NCBI GenBank assembly: GCA_977017645.1
Contig: OZ360236.1
Location: 1,426,001-1,490,000, forward strand
Origin: Torpedo marmorata
Taxonomy: Eukaryota
Length of the DNA stretch: 64,000 nt
Direction: 5' to 3'
The notes beneath the pieces are model-generated. The model was not told the origin of the DNA and did not search any database. It was given only the letters and a program-made list of their open reading frames with translations. Both the position numbers and the translations under genes were made by a program. Positions 26,007 to 39,390 of this stretch are shown in pieces (the first letter of the stretch is position 1; each line of letters begins with the position of its first letter).

Positions 26007-26182
26007 TGGCCCGGACGTACACTCAGGGATGGGGACATCTGGCCCGGACGTACTCCGGGATGGGGACGTCTGACCCGGACGTACAGAGATGGGGACGTCT
26101 GGCCCGGACATACACTCGGGGATGGGGACGTCTGGCCCGGACGTACACTCGGGGATGGGGACGTCTGGCCCAGACGTACACT
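26007..26182. repeat. CpG-rich minisatellite, 33-bp unit, ~5 copies
   Basis: tggcccggacgtacactcggggatggggacgtc in tandem. Confidence 0.9.
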
Positions 26183-27544
26183 CATAACAGTAACCTGCTG
26201 AGTTGTTGGTCAAGTGCTAGGTGAGCTGAATGGCCTCCGGTGTTGAATTTTATTTGACTGTAAATTAAAGTGGCAACAGGAAACATGTCAAGGTAGTGGA
26301 CGGGGTAGCTCAGCACAGATCAGGCAACAATAGAAAGAGGCGTCAAGGAACTTGCCGTTGGCATTATTGTTACCGGTGATTCCTGGCTGAAATTGTAATT
26401 CAATAACTTGCTGTCCACATTGAAGGCACACCCTTGTTAAAGATTAACTGGGTTGTGGCTGTTTTCACTAGCTCCACACGCCCTCTGGTGTGAATGTCAG
26501 GTGTTCACCACTTGTTCTCTCCAATTTAACCAGTATAGACGACACTTGCTTCTTCTTGTCTCCTAATTTCAAAGTATCATCTTCCCATGCGTGAGCTATG
26601 ATATTCCGAATTATTATCCCTTTAATCCAATAAATTCAATTCCTTGGTATCTACTTTTGTGTTTTAATTCATTGATTAAGATTATAAACATTTTACATAG
26701 TTTCGCAATAAAACTTCCATATAGTTGAATAATAAAGCATTTACGGTATTTAAGAGATACAAAAACATTTAAAGAGATGGAAAAAAATTCAAAGAAAATA
26801 TGTGTCACATCTTGCCGAATGCTTCCAAAGCTTTCGCCTGGGCGGATATTACGACATATTACATCATAATCACTATAGTAACACTACAAACAATAGTTCC
26901 CTTAAAGAGACAGGCATATAATTAACTAAGAGTCAAAACACTAGTTTTAACCTTTACACACGATGCATGAGGAAGGCTAATAACATTGTGAAGGACTTCT
27001 CACACCCCTTTGGTAAACTGTTTTCTCTTTTGCCATCTGGAAGGAGGTACCGTTGCACTCAGGCTCGTACGTCCAGACTGTGCAAGTTTTTTCCCCCAAG
27101 CCATCAGGCTCCTCAATTCCTAGATATATATGTGTATTAGCATGTTATAGTTTTTCTATTGTATTATGTTACTTATGTACATCTGCCCATGGTCCTGGAG
27201 AAACGCTATCTCGTCTTACTGTGTATATGGTAATGAACGACAAATAAAGGTGACTTGACTTGAGAAAGCAATGCTGTGGTTTTCTGTCTGGTCTTGCCCC
27301 CTCCCTATTTGTCATAAAAACAGAATGCTGGGTAACTCAGCTGGTCAAACTGTATTTTATTTAGCAAAGTTAAAGATACATAACCAATGTTTATGAACTT
27401 GAGCCCTTCATCAAGGTATGAGCAAAATATAGGCAGGCGCCTTTCCTATCGATGCTACATGGCCTGCTGAGTTTCTCCAGCACTGTTTTGTACTGCAGGT
27501 GATATTTCCAACATTTCGACAGTGCATGGTACTTTAAGTCCTTT

Positions 27545-28545
27545 GGATTTCAGATTTATTGTCAGAGAACATACATGATATCATATACATCCCTGAGATT
27601 CTTTTTCCTGCGGGCCAGGCAGAATTACCACTTATTGGTAGTGCAAAAAAAAAAACTGTACATAGCATATACATGTAAACAGATAACGAATGCAAACAAA
27701 TTGCAATACAGAGAAAAAAATCAATAAAGTGCAAAAGTAAGAGTCCTTAAATGAGTCCCTGATTGAGTTTGTTGTTGAGGAGTCTGATGGTGGAGGGGTA
27801 GCAGCTGTTCCTGAACCTGGTGGTGCGAGTCTTGTGGCACCTATACCTCTTTCCTGATGGTAGCAGCGAGAACAGAGCGTGTGCTTGGTGGTGTGGATCT
27901 TTGATGATTGCTGCTGCTCTCCGACGGCAGTGTTCCATGTAGATGTTCTCGATGGTGGGGAGGGTTTTGCCTGTGATGTCCTGGGCTGTGTCCATGACCT
28001 TTTGGAGGGCTTTACGCTCAGGGGTATTGGTGTCCCCATACCAGACCGTGATGCAGCCAGTCAGCACACTTTCCTCCACACATCTGTAGAAATTTGCCAG
28101 GGTTTCAATGTTGTACCAAATCTCCGCAAACTCCTGAGGAAGTAGAGGTGCTGATGTGCTTACTTCACGATGCCATTAGTGTGTTGGGTCCAGGAAAGAT
28201 CCTCCGAGTTAGTGACTCCCAAGAACTTAAATTTGCTCACCCTCTCCACCTCTGATCCCCCAATGATCACTGGATCGTACACCTCTAGTTTTCCCTTCCT
28301 GAAGTCAACAATCAGCTCCTTGGTTTTGGTGACATTGAGTGCGAGGTTGTTGTTGGTGCACCATTCAGCCAAGTTTTCAATCTCCCTCCTGTATGCTGAC
28401 TCACCTTTCTTTATGCAACCCACTACCGTGGTATCGTCAGTGAATTTGTAGATGGTGTTGTTGTCGTACCGAGTCATAGGTGTATAACGAGTAGAGCAGG
28501 GGGCTAAGAACGCAGCCCTGTGGTGCTCCGGTACTGATGGAGATT
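27545..28545 (-). mobile_element. Rex1/Babar-type LINE (second subfamily), 5'-truncated
   Basis: [48 protein letters not shown]; related copy at 51207-51960. Confidence 0.85.
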
Positions 28546-29377
28546 GTGGAGAGATCTAGAGGCCTCTGGGACAGCTTATAGAGCTGTGCAAAGCAGGTCT
28601 TTGTCTTCTGAGGTGCCCAATCTCTGGGATATTTACAAGCCTCTGAATAATCCGCCCTTATTCTTCAGTATTTCCTTACGATCTGCCCTGAAAGCAACTA
28701 CTTTCCTACCACAATATATCAGAATCAGAAGTTATTGTCATGAACAAGTCATGAAATTCGGTGTTTCGGTGTGTATATAGAAGCCATTTGGATTCAGTAT
28801 ACTTTTCTATGAAGATGATTCTCCTGTTGTGTTGATCTAATGGAGTTTTCATCTGGCATTTTTCTGCAACCTGGATAACTGAAGTAATCACTGTCTCTTG
28901 CATTGAAAGGAGTGGTCTGCCTCGCTGGTGGGCTTGCACTTGTTGGCCAAGTGGCTTGCTTCAATGTCCTCTTCCCTCAGGCAGGGAGATGTGGATCCTG
29001 TGTCCTTGTATTTTCATCTTCATTTTTTTGTTACCCAGAGGTCAGAAATGGAAAGCTGAAACCTCATTCAGTCGAGTTCTATAGTGTGGGTGATGTGTTC
29101 ATGCAATTTGTGTTGTCAATAACAATGCTTATTAAAGGAATGCACGTGAAGTGGGAAAGTCTGCAGGCACAATGTTATTTGATAACATTTGAGAAGGTGG
29201 AGCCTCTAGTCATGTTATAAATTGATAATGCACATTTAGTGTCTGTGGAAGGGTCCCTCTTGCTGATGGGATTCATTATTGATGAACTCCAAGTAATTTG
29301 TGGTAGTTCAGATTTTACAATGTTGATCATGTGACATTCCATCTCCAAATTGTGGGGCTTCCTGGCAGAAACAGAGC

Positions 29378-29541
29378 AGAGTGAAACACGGACGTCTGCA
29401 GGCGCTGTGATTGTAGTAAAAACACACCGAAATGCTCCTTGAAGAAGGGCTCAGGCCCAAAACGTCGGCAATATATCTTTGTCTCCTATGGAAGCTGAAA
29501 GACCGGCTGAGTTCCTCCAGCATTTTGGTGTGTTTTTACTA
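29378..29541 (+). mobile_element. Minimal Penelope-derived element with inverted ends and hammerhead-like motif
   Basis: tagtaaaaacacaccgaaatgct ... agcattttggtgtgtttttacta inverted pair enclosing ttgaagaagggctcaggcccaaaacgtc. Confidence 0.6.
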
Positions 29542-29844
29542 GAAACTGAGCAGAACACAGAGCCATTTCAGTGCCGTCGTTTAGTGAAAAAGTCTCGATG
29601 CTTTGTCACTGAATCGTATCGTCCCATTTCATCAGCGCCTTCCAGCACATGGCAGTTCAACACACCCAGGCGTGCGGCAATGTGGTGAATTCTGCCAGCA
29701 TGCATTTTATTTCCAACAACATTGCTACCAAGTGTTGGAACGTAATTAAATGGATGCAGGAGCAGGTAACCTGACCCCTAATGTGAAAACAGAAACAACT
29801 CATTCCGCAGAGTAGATGCCGTGTCTAGTCAGCACAGTAATATA

Positions 29845-30022
29845 TTTTTTTAAATTTAGACATACAGCCCAGTTTCAGGCCCACGAGCCCGTGCCGCCCA
29901 AATACACCAATTAAATAACAACCCCCAGTACGTTTTGAATGGTGGGAGGAAACTGGGGAACACATGCAGGCACAGGGAGAACATACAAACTCCTTACAGA
30001 CAGCATGGGATTCGGAGCTCGC
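29845..30022 (-). mobile_element. V-SINE copy, partial
   Basis: Tail aaatttagacatacagc and partial V domain, reversed. Confidence 0.7.
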
Positions 30023-30335
30023 TGACTGTCCCACTTTCTGGTGCTGGCTGTTTGCTCTGTGGTTCTTTTGGCAATGCTCCCAGCTAGCACACTTAATAAG
30101 CTATTTAACCAAGTATGACACGTAGTTGACATTGGTTATACCCACCAGTCACCTCAGTATTTAATGGTAAACCAGGTGTTTACCAAATAATATTTGTAAT
30201 TTTTTCTTTGGTGGGAGAATGATGCCAGCCTTAGTACGGAATAACAAAGTCTCTTTGTGTAGACCGAATTTCATGACTTGTTCATGACAATAAATTCTGA
30301 CTCTGTAACTATGGCTAACGTCTGTTCCTAACCAG

Positions 30336-30512
30336 GAAACAGAGGAGATCTTGGCAGACGTGCTGAAGGTGGAGGTTTTCCGGCAGACCGTGGCCCAGCA
30401 AGTTCTGGTGGGCAGTTACTGTGCATTCAGTAACCAGGGAGGGTTGGTTCACCCGAAGACCTCCATTGAAGACCAGGACGAGCTCTCCTCACTGCTGCAG
30501 GTTCCGTTGGTG
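30336..30512 (+). CDS. eif6: eIF6 coding exon (177 bp)
   Basis: aaccag|gaa aca gag...ttg gtg|gtaagc; [59 protein letters not shown]. Confidence 0.97.
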
Positions 30513-30571
30513 GTAAGCCCTTTGATTCTTCCCTGTGGATGACTACCCATTGACTATCGCGTGCTTACCCC

Positions 30572-31432
30572 TAATTACAGCAAAGAAACAGGCCTTCTTG
30601 TCTGTGCCGAGCTATTATTCTGCCTGGTCCCACTGACCTGTACCTGGTCCATAGCCCCCCCATACCCATGTACCTGTCCAAATTTTTCTTAAATGTCAAA
30701 ATTGAGCCCGCGTTCACCACTTCAGCTGCTTGGCAGCTCGTTCCAAACTCCCACCACTCTCCGTGTGAACAAATTCCCCTAATGTTCCCTTTAAACTTTT
30801 CCCCTTTCACCCTTAACCCATGTCCTCTGGTTTGTATCTCACCTACCCTCAGTGGAAAAAGCCTGCTTGCATTTACTGTCTATCCCCCTCATAATTTTGT
30901 ACACCTCTGTCAAATCTCCCCTCATTCTTCTACACTCCTTCTGACATCCCAACTCCTATACTCAATACTTTGATTTATGAAGACCAATATGCCAAAAGCT
31001 CTCTTTACAACCCTATCTGCCTGTGATGCCACTTTCAGGGAATTATGTATCTGTATTCCCAGATCCCTCTGTTCTACTGCACTCCTCAGTGCCCTACCGT
31101 TTACTGTGTATGTCCTTTCTTGGTTTGTCCTTCTTAACACCTCACACTTGTCTGCATTAAATTCCATCTGCCATTTTTCCAGCTGGTCCAGATCCCTCTG
31201 CAAGCTTTGAAAACCTTCTTCGCTGTCCACAACGCCTCCAGTCTGTGGCATCTGCAAACTTTCTGATCCAATTTACATTATCATCCAGATCATTGATATA
31301 GATCACAAACAACAATGGACACAACACCAATCCCTGAGGCACACCACTAGTCACAGGTCTCCAGTCAGAGAGGCAATCATCCACCACTACTCTCTGGCTT
31401 CTCCCATAAAGCCAGTGTCTAATCCAATTTAT
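30572..31432 (-). mobile_element. CR1-clade LINE 3' fragment
   Basis: WRPVTSGVPQGLVL, KFADAT, WQMEFNADKCEV, FKKNLDRYM. Confidence 0.85.
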
Positions 31433-32670
31433 ACAGCCTGGAAATAGGCCCTTCGGCCCAATTTATCCATGCTGACCTAGTTGTCTACTTGAGCTCATCT
31501 CATTTGCTTGCGTTTGGCCCATATGCCTCTTAACCAGTCCTATCCATGTCCCTATCTATTCTATATACCCACCACCCTCTGTGTGAAGGTGCTCCTCACA
31601 TCCCCTTTAAATCTTTACTCTCACATTAACCTATGTTCTCTGGTTTTAGACTACCAGCCTGGGGAAAGGACTGACCATTCACCTTCTATCCTTCCACCAG
31701 TATAGCCCCCTCCCTGGTTCTCTTTCCCTGTCTCCTTTCCTCCAGCTCACCACCCCTTTCCCTTCTATCAGAATGGTAAATTTCCTAGCGCCCTCTCCTC
31801 CTCCATCACTCCTCAGCTTTACTCTTCCCCTTCCCACCTGTATCCACCTTTTTATTCAGGCGTCTGCCTGGCTTTCAACCCCCCCGATGAAGGCTCAGGC
31901 CTGAAACGTCAACGGCGTTTTAATTCCTGTGGATGTTACATGATCTGCGAAGTTACTTCAGCAATTCTGTTTTGCACTAGACCCCAGCATCTGCAGATTT
32001 CTTGTTTTCGACCATTCAAATTATCTCTGTCCTTTATATCCCTCTATGAAGTCATTTCTTGGGCTGCTACACTCCAAGGAGAAAAGTTGCAGCCTTGTCA
32101 CTCAAGCCCTCTGGTCCCGGGAGCTTTTTCTGCGTGGTTTCCAACTTAATGACATTCTTCCACTAACAGGACAACCTGCACACAATACTCCAATGTGGCC
32201 TTACCAGTATGTTGTGCAGCTGTATTGTGATGTCCCAACTCCTGTACACAAGCTGGATGGACTCAGCAAGGTCAGGCAGCATCCGTGGAGAGAAATGGGC
32301 AGCGCACGATGTGGGTCAGATCCTTTTCTGAAACTTAACTCACTGACCGATGGAGGCAAGCATGCCAAACACCTTTACCTGTGTCACCGCTTCCAGGGAA
32401 CAATGTACCCCTAGGACTGTCTGTTCTCCAACACTCTCTGAGCCTGACCGTTTACTCTCTACCACCTGCCCTGGTTTAACTTGTATACTTAACTTCCATC
32501 TGCCACTCCTTCCTCTGCCTGCTGCACTATTGCCGTCTGATGTTCCTCTGAATGGTTCTTCTCACCTCCCAACTTTGCTGTTGCAGTATTTCCACAGTGG
32601 AGAGGTGCAGCCATGAGACGGGCTGCAGGGCGACAGAATTGGTGCTGATGTCTTTGCTGCTTTGTTGCAG

Positions 32671-32852
32671 GCTGGCACAATAAATCGTGGCAGTGAGGTG
32701 ATCGGTGGAGGCATGGTTGTGAACGATTGGTGTGCTTTCTGCGGTCTCGATACCACCAGCACAGAGCTGTCCGTCATTGAGAGCGTTTTCAGATTAAATG
32801 AAGCACAGCCAAGTGCAATTGCAACCAGTATGAGAGATTCACTGATAGAAAG
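32671..32852 (+). CDS. eif6: eIF6 coding exon (182 bp)
   Basis: ttgcag|gct ggc aca...gaa ag|gtgagt; [60 protein letters not shown]. Confidence 0.97.
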
Positions 32853-34012
32853 GTGAGTAATGTTGCAGGAAAAGTGAAAATCTCAAACCTGAAGTGCGGG
32901 CGTGGCTCTTTAACATTTCGGTATGTAATGGAAGAGTTGTGCAGACCTGTATACAAGGAATCGAAAAGGAGCACCTACTCCTGTTAACTCGTGCCCACTG
33001 CACCAGTCAGTGAGGTGCCAGCTGATCCTTTTCCTCAGCACCATTTTCCTGTGGTAATCCTGATCCCTAAATCAATCTCATTCTTAAATACTCAGCCCTC
33101 ATGTGGTGAATCTTTGAAATTCTCTCCCCCTTCCAGGTGAAGAAATTTCTTCTCATCTCAATCCTCAATGGCAGACTGTACTTGCTGGTTCTAGCCTCCT
33201 CAGCAAGGGGAAACATCTGTTCATCTACCCTGTCCAGGCCCATAAGAATTCTGCATTTCAAGAGATCACCTCTCATTCTAAACTCGAGAGAGCATAGGTC
33301 CAGTCTGCTAAATTGCTTCTCATGGGACAAGTACTCGTCCCAGGAATCTATCTGGTGAACCCTCACTGCACTGCCTCTTATCTTAAGTTGGAAGTCGTCA
33401 TTCCTTGTATAATTGGAGCAAGGTCTACTCCTGCACTCTAATTCTCTCACAGTAAAGGCCAAAATACACATTTCTTTGTTAATTGCTTGCTGAATCTATA
33501 CAGAAACTTTCAGTGATCCGTGTTCAAAGACGTACAGGTCATAGTGAACACTGACTTCTCACCATTTAGTTACTGAAGAACAAACTCGTTCCTGTTCAGT
33601 TCAGTGGCTGATTTACTCCTGACTTCCATTTTCCTGCCATTGCCATGTTTCCCTCGTTCACAACAGTGGCTGATCAGACCCAGTTCACTTGCCTTTTGGG
33701 AATTGTCCACTCCCCACTCAGTTTGTTCTGGAGTCTCTACCACAGAAATGGTTTCTGTGTTCATCTAATGAATGCTTTCAATGTGTTGAACACTTTTAAC
33801 ACTGCTCTGCACACTAGAGAGAATTTACAGCAACCAATTAATTCAGTAACCTGTGGGAGAAACTGGAACACCCGGGCAAATGTACAGCCTCCAAAACGAT
33901 GACACCCAGGGTCAGGAGAGAGCCTGGTTGTGGAGCTGAGGCACTGTGCTTGGCATTGTTTTCTGGATCTAAGCAAAGTGACGCTGACCTGTTTTCTCTC
34001 TCTCTCTTGCAG

Positions 34013-34022
34013 CCTAACATAA
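34013..34022 (+). CDS. eif6: eIF6 last coding exon (S-L-T-stop)
   Basis: Branch-point-like gctgac, pyrimidine tract, then ttgcag|c cta aca taa, completing the vertebrate C-terminus ...SLT. Confidence 0.93.
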
Positions 34023-34135
34023 AGGAGTGCAGAATGTATCCAGCTCTGGGGCAGAAGGATACCTCGTACTGTTCAGCAGTGGTCTCACACCTCTCACATC
34101 TTGCAGCTAAAAAGCATGAGAAAAAGTCAATGTAA

Positions 34136-34141
34136 AATAAA
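34136..34141 (+). terminator. Polyadenylation signal of eif6
   Basis: AATAAA ~115 nt after the stop codon, followed by a GT-rich tract (ggtctttgttg). Confidence 0.75.
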
Positions 34142-34904
34142 ATTTCTAAATGGTCTTTGTTGATTAAACTATCAGTTTCCTATTGAGTGTAAAATATACA
34201 TGCTGGCTTTTGAAGGACATGTTGGTCATTCTCCACAAGCTCAGCAGTCGTGGCCCTACTGAATTGGAAGAATTCTTGTGCTTTATGAATTCCTCTCTGG
34301 AATCTGGGAATTAGCTGCTGTGAAGAGTTTCCTGCTGGAAAGACAATAGTGGGAGCAAGTGACTGACGAAGGACCAGGTCACTAGTCACTTCCGAGCTTG
34401 CAAATTTGGAGCGGGGCAAAGCCACTTGACTCCTCACATCTATTCTGCCACTGAACGCGATCAGGGCAGATCCGATTGTCTCTGCACATCTGCTAACCCC
34501 TCGCTCCATGCTTACTGAGTGTCCACTCCTACCTTAAACATCTCTCTCCTTCCATCACACAGTGGAGACCTGGTGACCCCTGGCCCTCTGACAACATTTT
34601 GTCTCATCTGTCTCTCCACACTTGCCCTTTATCCACTCTCTCCTCCTTCGAAACATTCGCGACAAGTTGGCTTGACATCATCTCCCTATCACAAAACCAC
34701 AAAGACTTGATTTCCTTTCATTTTTCTGAATGCCTTGCTATTATATCTTTCCTAATGCCCTTTAACATTTTTGCTTTGAATTCAATCACGAAAATCTGTA
34801 GACATTGGTTCATAAATATTTTATTTTAAATCACAAAATACATAAGGTAAAATATAAAATTATCAAAATACTTGTGATACATTTTCACCCACCCTCCTGT
34901 AGAC

Positions 34905-35756
34905 ACCGTGGTTGAAGTAAAAACACAAATGCTGGAGAACCTCAGCAGGTCAAACAGTGTCCTTTATGTAGCAAAGGTAAAGATACATAACCGACGTTTC
35001 GGGCTTGAGCCATTCATCAAAGTATGAGAAAATGCCGGCAGGCGTCCGAACAAAAGAGGGGGGGAAGGAAGGGGTGGCAAAGGCAGGAGATGATAGGTGG
35101 AGAAAAGAGGGAGGGGACAGCAGCAATGAGAGGGAGGAGGGGTGGCTGGGTGGGTGGAAGAACTGGAAAGACAGCACAGGGGGGCGGGGAAAGGAAAGGC
35201 GAGCAGGTTTAGTGGAAAGCAGTAAAGTCAATGTTCATGCCATCTGGCTGGAGAGTGCCCAGACAGAAAATAGGTGCTCCCTTTGTGGCCAACCATTTCA
35301 ATTCTGAGTCACACTCCCGTGCTCACATGTCTGTCCATGGCCTTGTGTACTATCCCACCCTGACCACCCGCAAATTGGAGGAACACCACCTTATTTTCCT
35401 TCTGGGCATTCTCCAGCCAGATGGCATAAACATTGACTTTACTGCTTTCTACTAAACCTGCTCGCCTTTCCTTTCCCCTCCCCCCGTCCTGTCTTTCCAG
35501 TTCTTCCACCCACCTAGCCATCCCTCCTCCCCCTCATTGCTGCTGTCCCCTCCCTCTTTTCTCCACCTATAATCTCCTGCCTTTGCCACCCCTCCCCCCC
35601 CCCCCCCCCCCCACTTTTGTTCGGACACCTGCTGGCATTTTCTCATACTTTGATGAAGGGCTCAAGCCCAAAACGTCGGTTATGTATCTTTACCTTTGCT
35701 ACATAAAGGATACTGTTTGACCTGCTGAGCTTCTCCAGCATTTTGTGTTTTTACTT
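34905..35756. mobile_element. Penelope-like insertion with inverted pLTR arms
   Basis: ~34915-35280 is the reverse complement of ~35380-35756; the spacer encodes VANHFNSESHS...RKLEEHHLIF. Confidence 0.8.
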
Positions 35757-37456
35757 TTTGCTTTGAATGGTGTTAAGCTAATTGGACTGTTGTTTGCTGC
35801 TTTCTTGTCTTTTTTTGCATAAGAGCTTCTCAGCATGCTCTGTCGAAGGTGTGGCCAGTCATAAACTACATTACCTTGCATTCCATTTGCCACTGAACTG
35901 CTCAACTTTCCAGCTGATCTATGTAGTTCTGTATTCTTGGGCAACCATCCTCACTACTTTATCTCTAACTTCAGCGGTCTTTGTGTCATCAGCAAATCAA
36001 GATATCAGACCACAGATATTTTCACCCAAGACACACACAACAGTATCACAGTACATGGCTTCCAGTTTCTCCCTTGTAGACATTACTGTCTGTATGCACA
36101 CACAGCTGGGAACTACGAGTTGTAGTTTGATGCAAATCATGTTCAAAGTCCTCAGATTGATGAGACAATAGATTGGGTTGCAGTGAAAGGCAGTAAGGGA
36201 GAACCAACGGAACCTATAGTACCACTAATTCATCAGTGGGGGAGATGGGAGTATCTTGAAGGCATTAGGATAACTGATACTGGAGATGTAGGTGGTGAAT
36301 ATTTGGGAGTGTGCAAGGCTTATAACTGTCCAGGTGTGTGACTCCTAACAAGATCCTATCAATCTTGTGTTTCTGCTCTGCACCCAGATATTAAACTTGT
36401 GGCCACATTATTGGGAAGGATGTGGTGAGAGTGCAGAGGAGATTCACCAGGATGTCGCCTGGATTGGAGGACTTTAGTGATGAGATTAGAGAGGCTGGGT
36501 TTCTTTTTCCGGGAATAAAGGCGGCTGAGGGGTGACCTGATCAAAGTGGATAAGGTTAAGAGGCTTATATAGGGTAGATGGTTAAAACCTGTCCCCTCGG
36601 GTAGGGGTATCTGAAACAAGAGGGTACGGGTTTAGGGTGAAAGGAAGGAGATTTAAAAAGGGATCTGATGTTTGATATCTGGAACCAGCTGCCAGCAGAA
36701 GTGGTAAAATCACATACAATCACAACCTTTTGAAACATTTAGACACGTACTTAAATAGGCAAAACATAGGATACAAACCTAATTGAGTCAGGTGGGATTT
36801 GTGTAGATGGCCAGCATGGATGTGGTGAGTTGAAGGGCCTGTTTCTGACCCATGATTGAATCCACTTTGGCCAGCTCCCCACCCGGGCAGTGAACACCGA
36901 TTGCTGGCTGCTCACTGCATGAATGATGCTTTCTTTATGTCACAGTTCATGATTTTGCCGGTCAGTGTGAATCTCCACCAATAGGCAACCATCTTTATTC
37001 ACTCCTTCATGCCACCAAAGCAATCCTATTTTCTCCGTACTTTTTCATGATTGAAAGCTCCCCACAGACACCTTTTCCACCTCTCCAGGCACTGACTCCC
37101 ACAGTGGGTCCCAGAGACACCAACTTGCACTGTACAATCATGTTGAATACATGCAGTTCCCTGAACACCCACTCAGGTACAGATTCAGGCACACTGACAC
37201 ACCGTGAACATACACCGAACACGACAAGCATAGGAATAGTCCCTTTGGCCCAGGTGTCGGTGCCAAACATGATGCTCAATGTAAACCAAAGCTCTGCTGC
37301 TTGCACGTGATCCATAAACCCTCTGTTCACTGCATAATCAAAGCCTCAAACACCACAATCATATTTGCTTCCACCTCGACTCCTGGCAGCCTGTTCCAGG
37401 TAGCCACCACTCTGTAAAAAATAAAAACTTGGCCCACATCTGTACACTAGAGGACA

Positions 37457-37688
37457 TTTAAAATTTAGACATACAGCACGGTAACAGGCTATTTCGGCCC
37501 ACAAGCCTGCACTGCCCAATTACACCCAATTGACCTACAACCGCCGTACGTTTTGAACGTTGGGAGGAAACCCATGCAGACACGGAGAACGTACAAACTC
37601 CTTACAGACAGCGCGGGATTCAAACCCCGGTCCCGAACGCTGGCGCTGTAAAAGCGTTGCGCTAACCACAACGCTAACCGTGCCGCCC
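37457..37688 (-). mobile_element. V-SINE copy, full length
   Basis: Reversed head gggcggcacggttagcgttgtggttagcgc and tail gctgtatgtctaaattt. Confidence 0.85.
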
Positions 37689-38319
37689 TTGTTTACGGTG
37701 AGGGGAGGAAGTGTAAGGGAAATGTGCAGGTAAAATATTTTACAGAGTAGTGGTGCAATGGTCGTATTTAAGAGGCTTCCAGACACACATGAATATGAAA
37801 GGGGTGGAGGGCTATCAGGTGCAAGAGGCAGAGATTTAGTTTGATTTAGACATGGTATTCAGCACAGACACGTGGGCCGAAGGGCCTGTTCCTGTGCTGT
37901 ACTACTGTGATATTTGTGTGGAGCTGAGTGAGTGCTAACCAATTCAGCAGAGAACCAGCCATGGTTATAGTAAAACCTCAGCAGGGTGGGATCCCTTCTG
38001 CGGAGTGCGAGTCAGTGACTGAACTAGCTTGAGCCAGCCTTGGGTCACTCAGCTCCAGATCACCTGCTCCTGTTGCAGGCTGAGGTGCTGAATGCTTGAG
38101 GCTGCCCACACTCGATGGCCATAGTATTTATTACCTGTGTGTCTGCCCCTCCTGCTCCACAGCCCTGTGTGTCTGCCCCTCCTTCCAGGAGGCATTACAT
38201 TGAGTTTCTTTCTGGGGATAAAGTACAGTTTGTGTTCCCGGAGGGTGTGTCCTGAGCACTGCACACCTTAACACGGTATGAAGCTTAATCCAGACCCGGA
38301 ATAATTGCAAAGGAGAAAC

Positions 38320-39390
38320 ACAAAAACTGCAGATGCTGGAATCTTCAGCAAACACAGAGTGCTGGAGGAACTCAACGGGTCAGGTAATATCCGTGTGTAG
38401 AAATGGATGGTCAACGTATCCAGTTGGGACCTTTAACCATACTAAAGTAGGAAAGAGTGATATGAAGGAAATAATCTGGGGAAGGATGAAGAGGTGAAAG
38501 GGTGGGAGAAGTAGAGAGACAGGTCAAGGGAGTGTGGGGGGGGGGGGGGAAGAGTTAGAAATGTAAAACAGGAGTAGGTAAAGAAGACATGGAAACCGTG
38601 GAATCAGATGGGGATTACCTAAAATTAGGAGAAAAAAAATTAGTGTTCATACCTTGAGGAAGGGCTCAGGCCTGAAACGTTGGTTATATATCTTTACCTC
38701 CTATGGATGCTGTGAGACCGGCTGTGTTTCTCCAGTGTTTCTGTGTTTTTACTACAATCACAGTGTCTGCAGACTCAATGTTCACAAGGTTGGGTTTAAG
38801 GCTCTCATCTGATGTGTTGCTCAAGTTTACATTTGGCCTCCCCCTGACAATGGAAGAGGCCAAGGGCAGTCATGTCAGTGTGGGAATGCTGAGAATTGAA
38901 ATGGTTACTGGGAGTTCAAACTTGGCCCACAGCGTTTGGTATCACTGATGAAGAGGCCACATCAATTCCACCCAATGCAGTAGGTGAGGTTGGACGATGT
39001 GCATGAAAGGCTCTGCCTCACCTGGATGGAGGTGAGGAGGGAGGTGTAGGGTGCTTCCTGCGGTTACAGCGGGAAGTGCCAAAGGAGATGGAAGGAAGGG
39101 TGGGGAGGGAAGAGACGACTAGGTAGTCCGGAGGCCGATCCCTGCGAAAAGCGGATGAGGTGGGAGGGGAAGATGCGGCTGGTAGTGGGATTGCGCGGAA
39201 GATGGCAGAAGTGTCAAAGGATAATGCGTTGGATTGGGAGGCTGATAGGGTGCAGAGCAGAGGGACTCTGGCTTTGTTCTGTCTGAGGGCAGGTGGGGAG
39301 AGGGTGGAAGTAGATGAAAAAGAGGAAATATGGGTACGGGCTTCATCAATGACAGTCGGAGGGAATTCCCATGCAAGGTCATCACTTTGC
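38320..39390 (-). mobile_element. Decayed Penelope-like fragment with a short opposite-strand Penelope end at ~38650-38775
   Basis: PALRQNKARVPL, AFRRDR, FGTSRCNRRK remnants typical of the PLE RT-to-endonuclease linker; hammerhead-like motif at 38654-38682. Confidence 0.55.

Noticed and set aside
9943-26182. CRISPR-like appearance of the 33-44-bp repeats
   Set aside because: Units are directly adjacent with no unique spacers, there are no cas genes, and the DNA is vertebrate.
26259-26957. Possible solo LTR (tgtaaa...tttaca) and a CTCF-like motif near 26479-26490
   Set aside because: No matching TSD for any candidate boundary; a single motif match is not enough.
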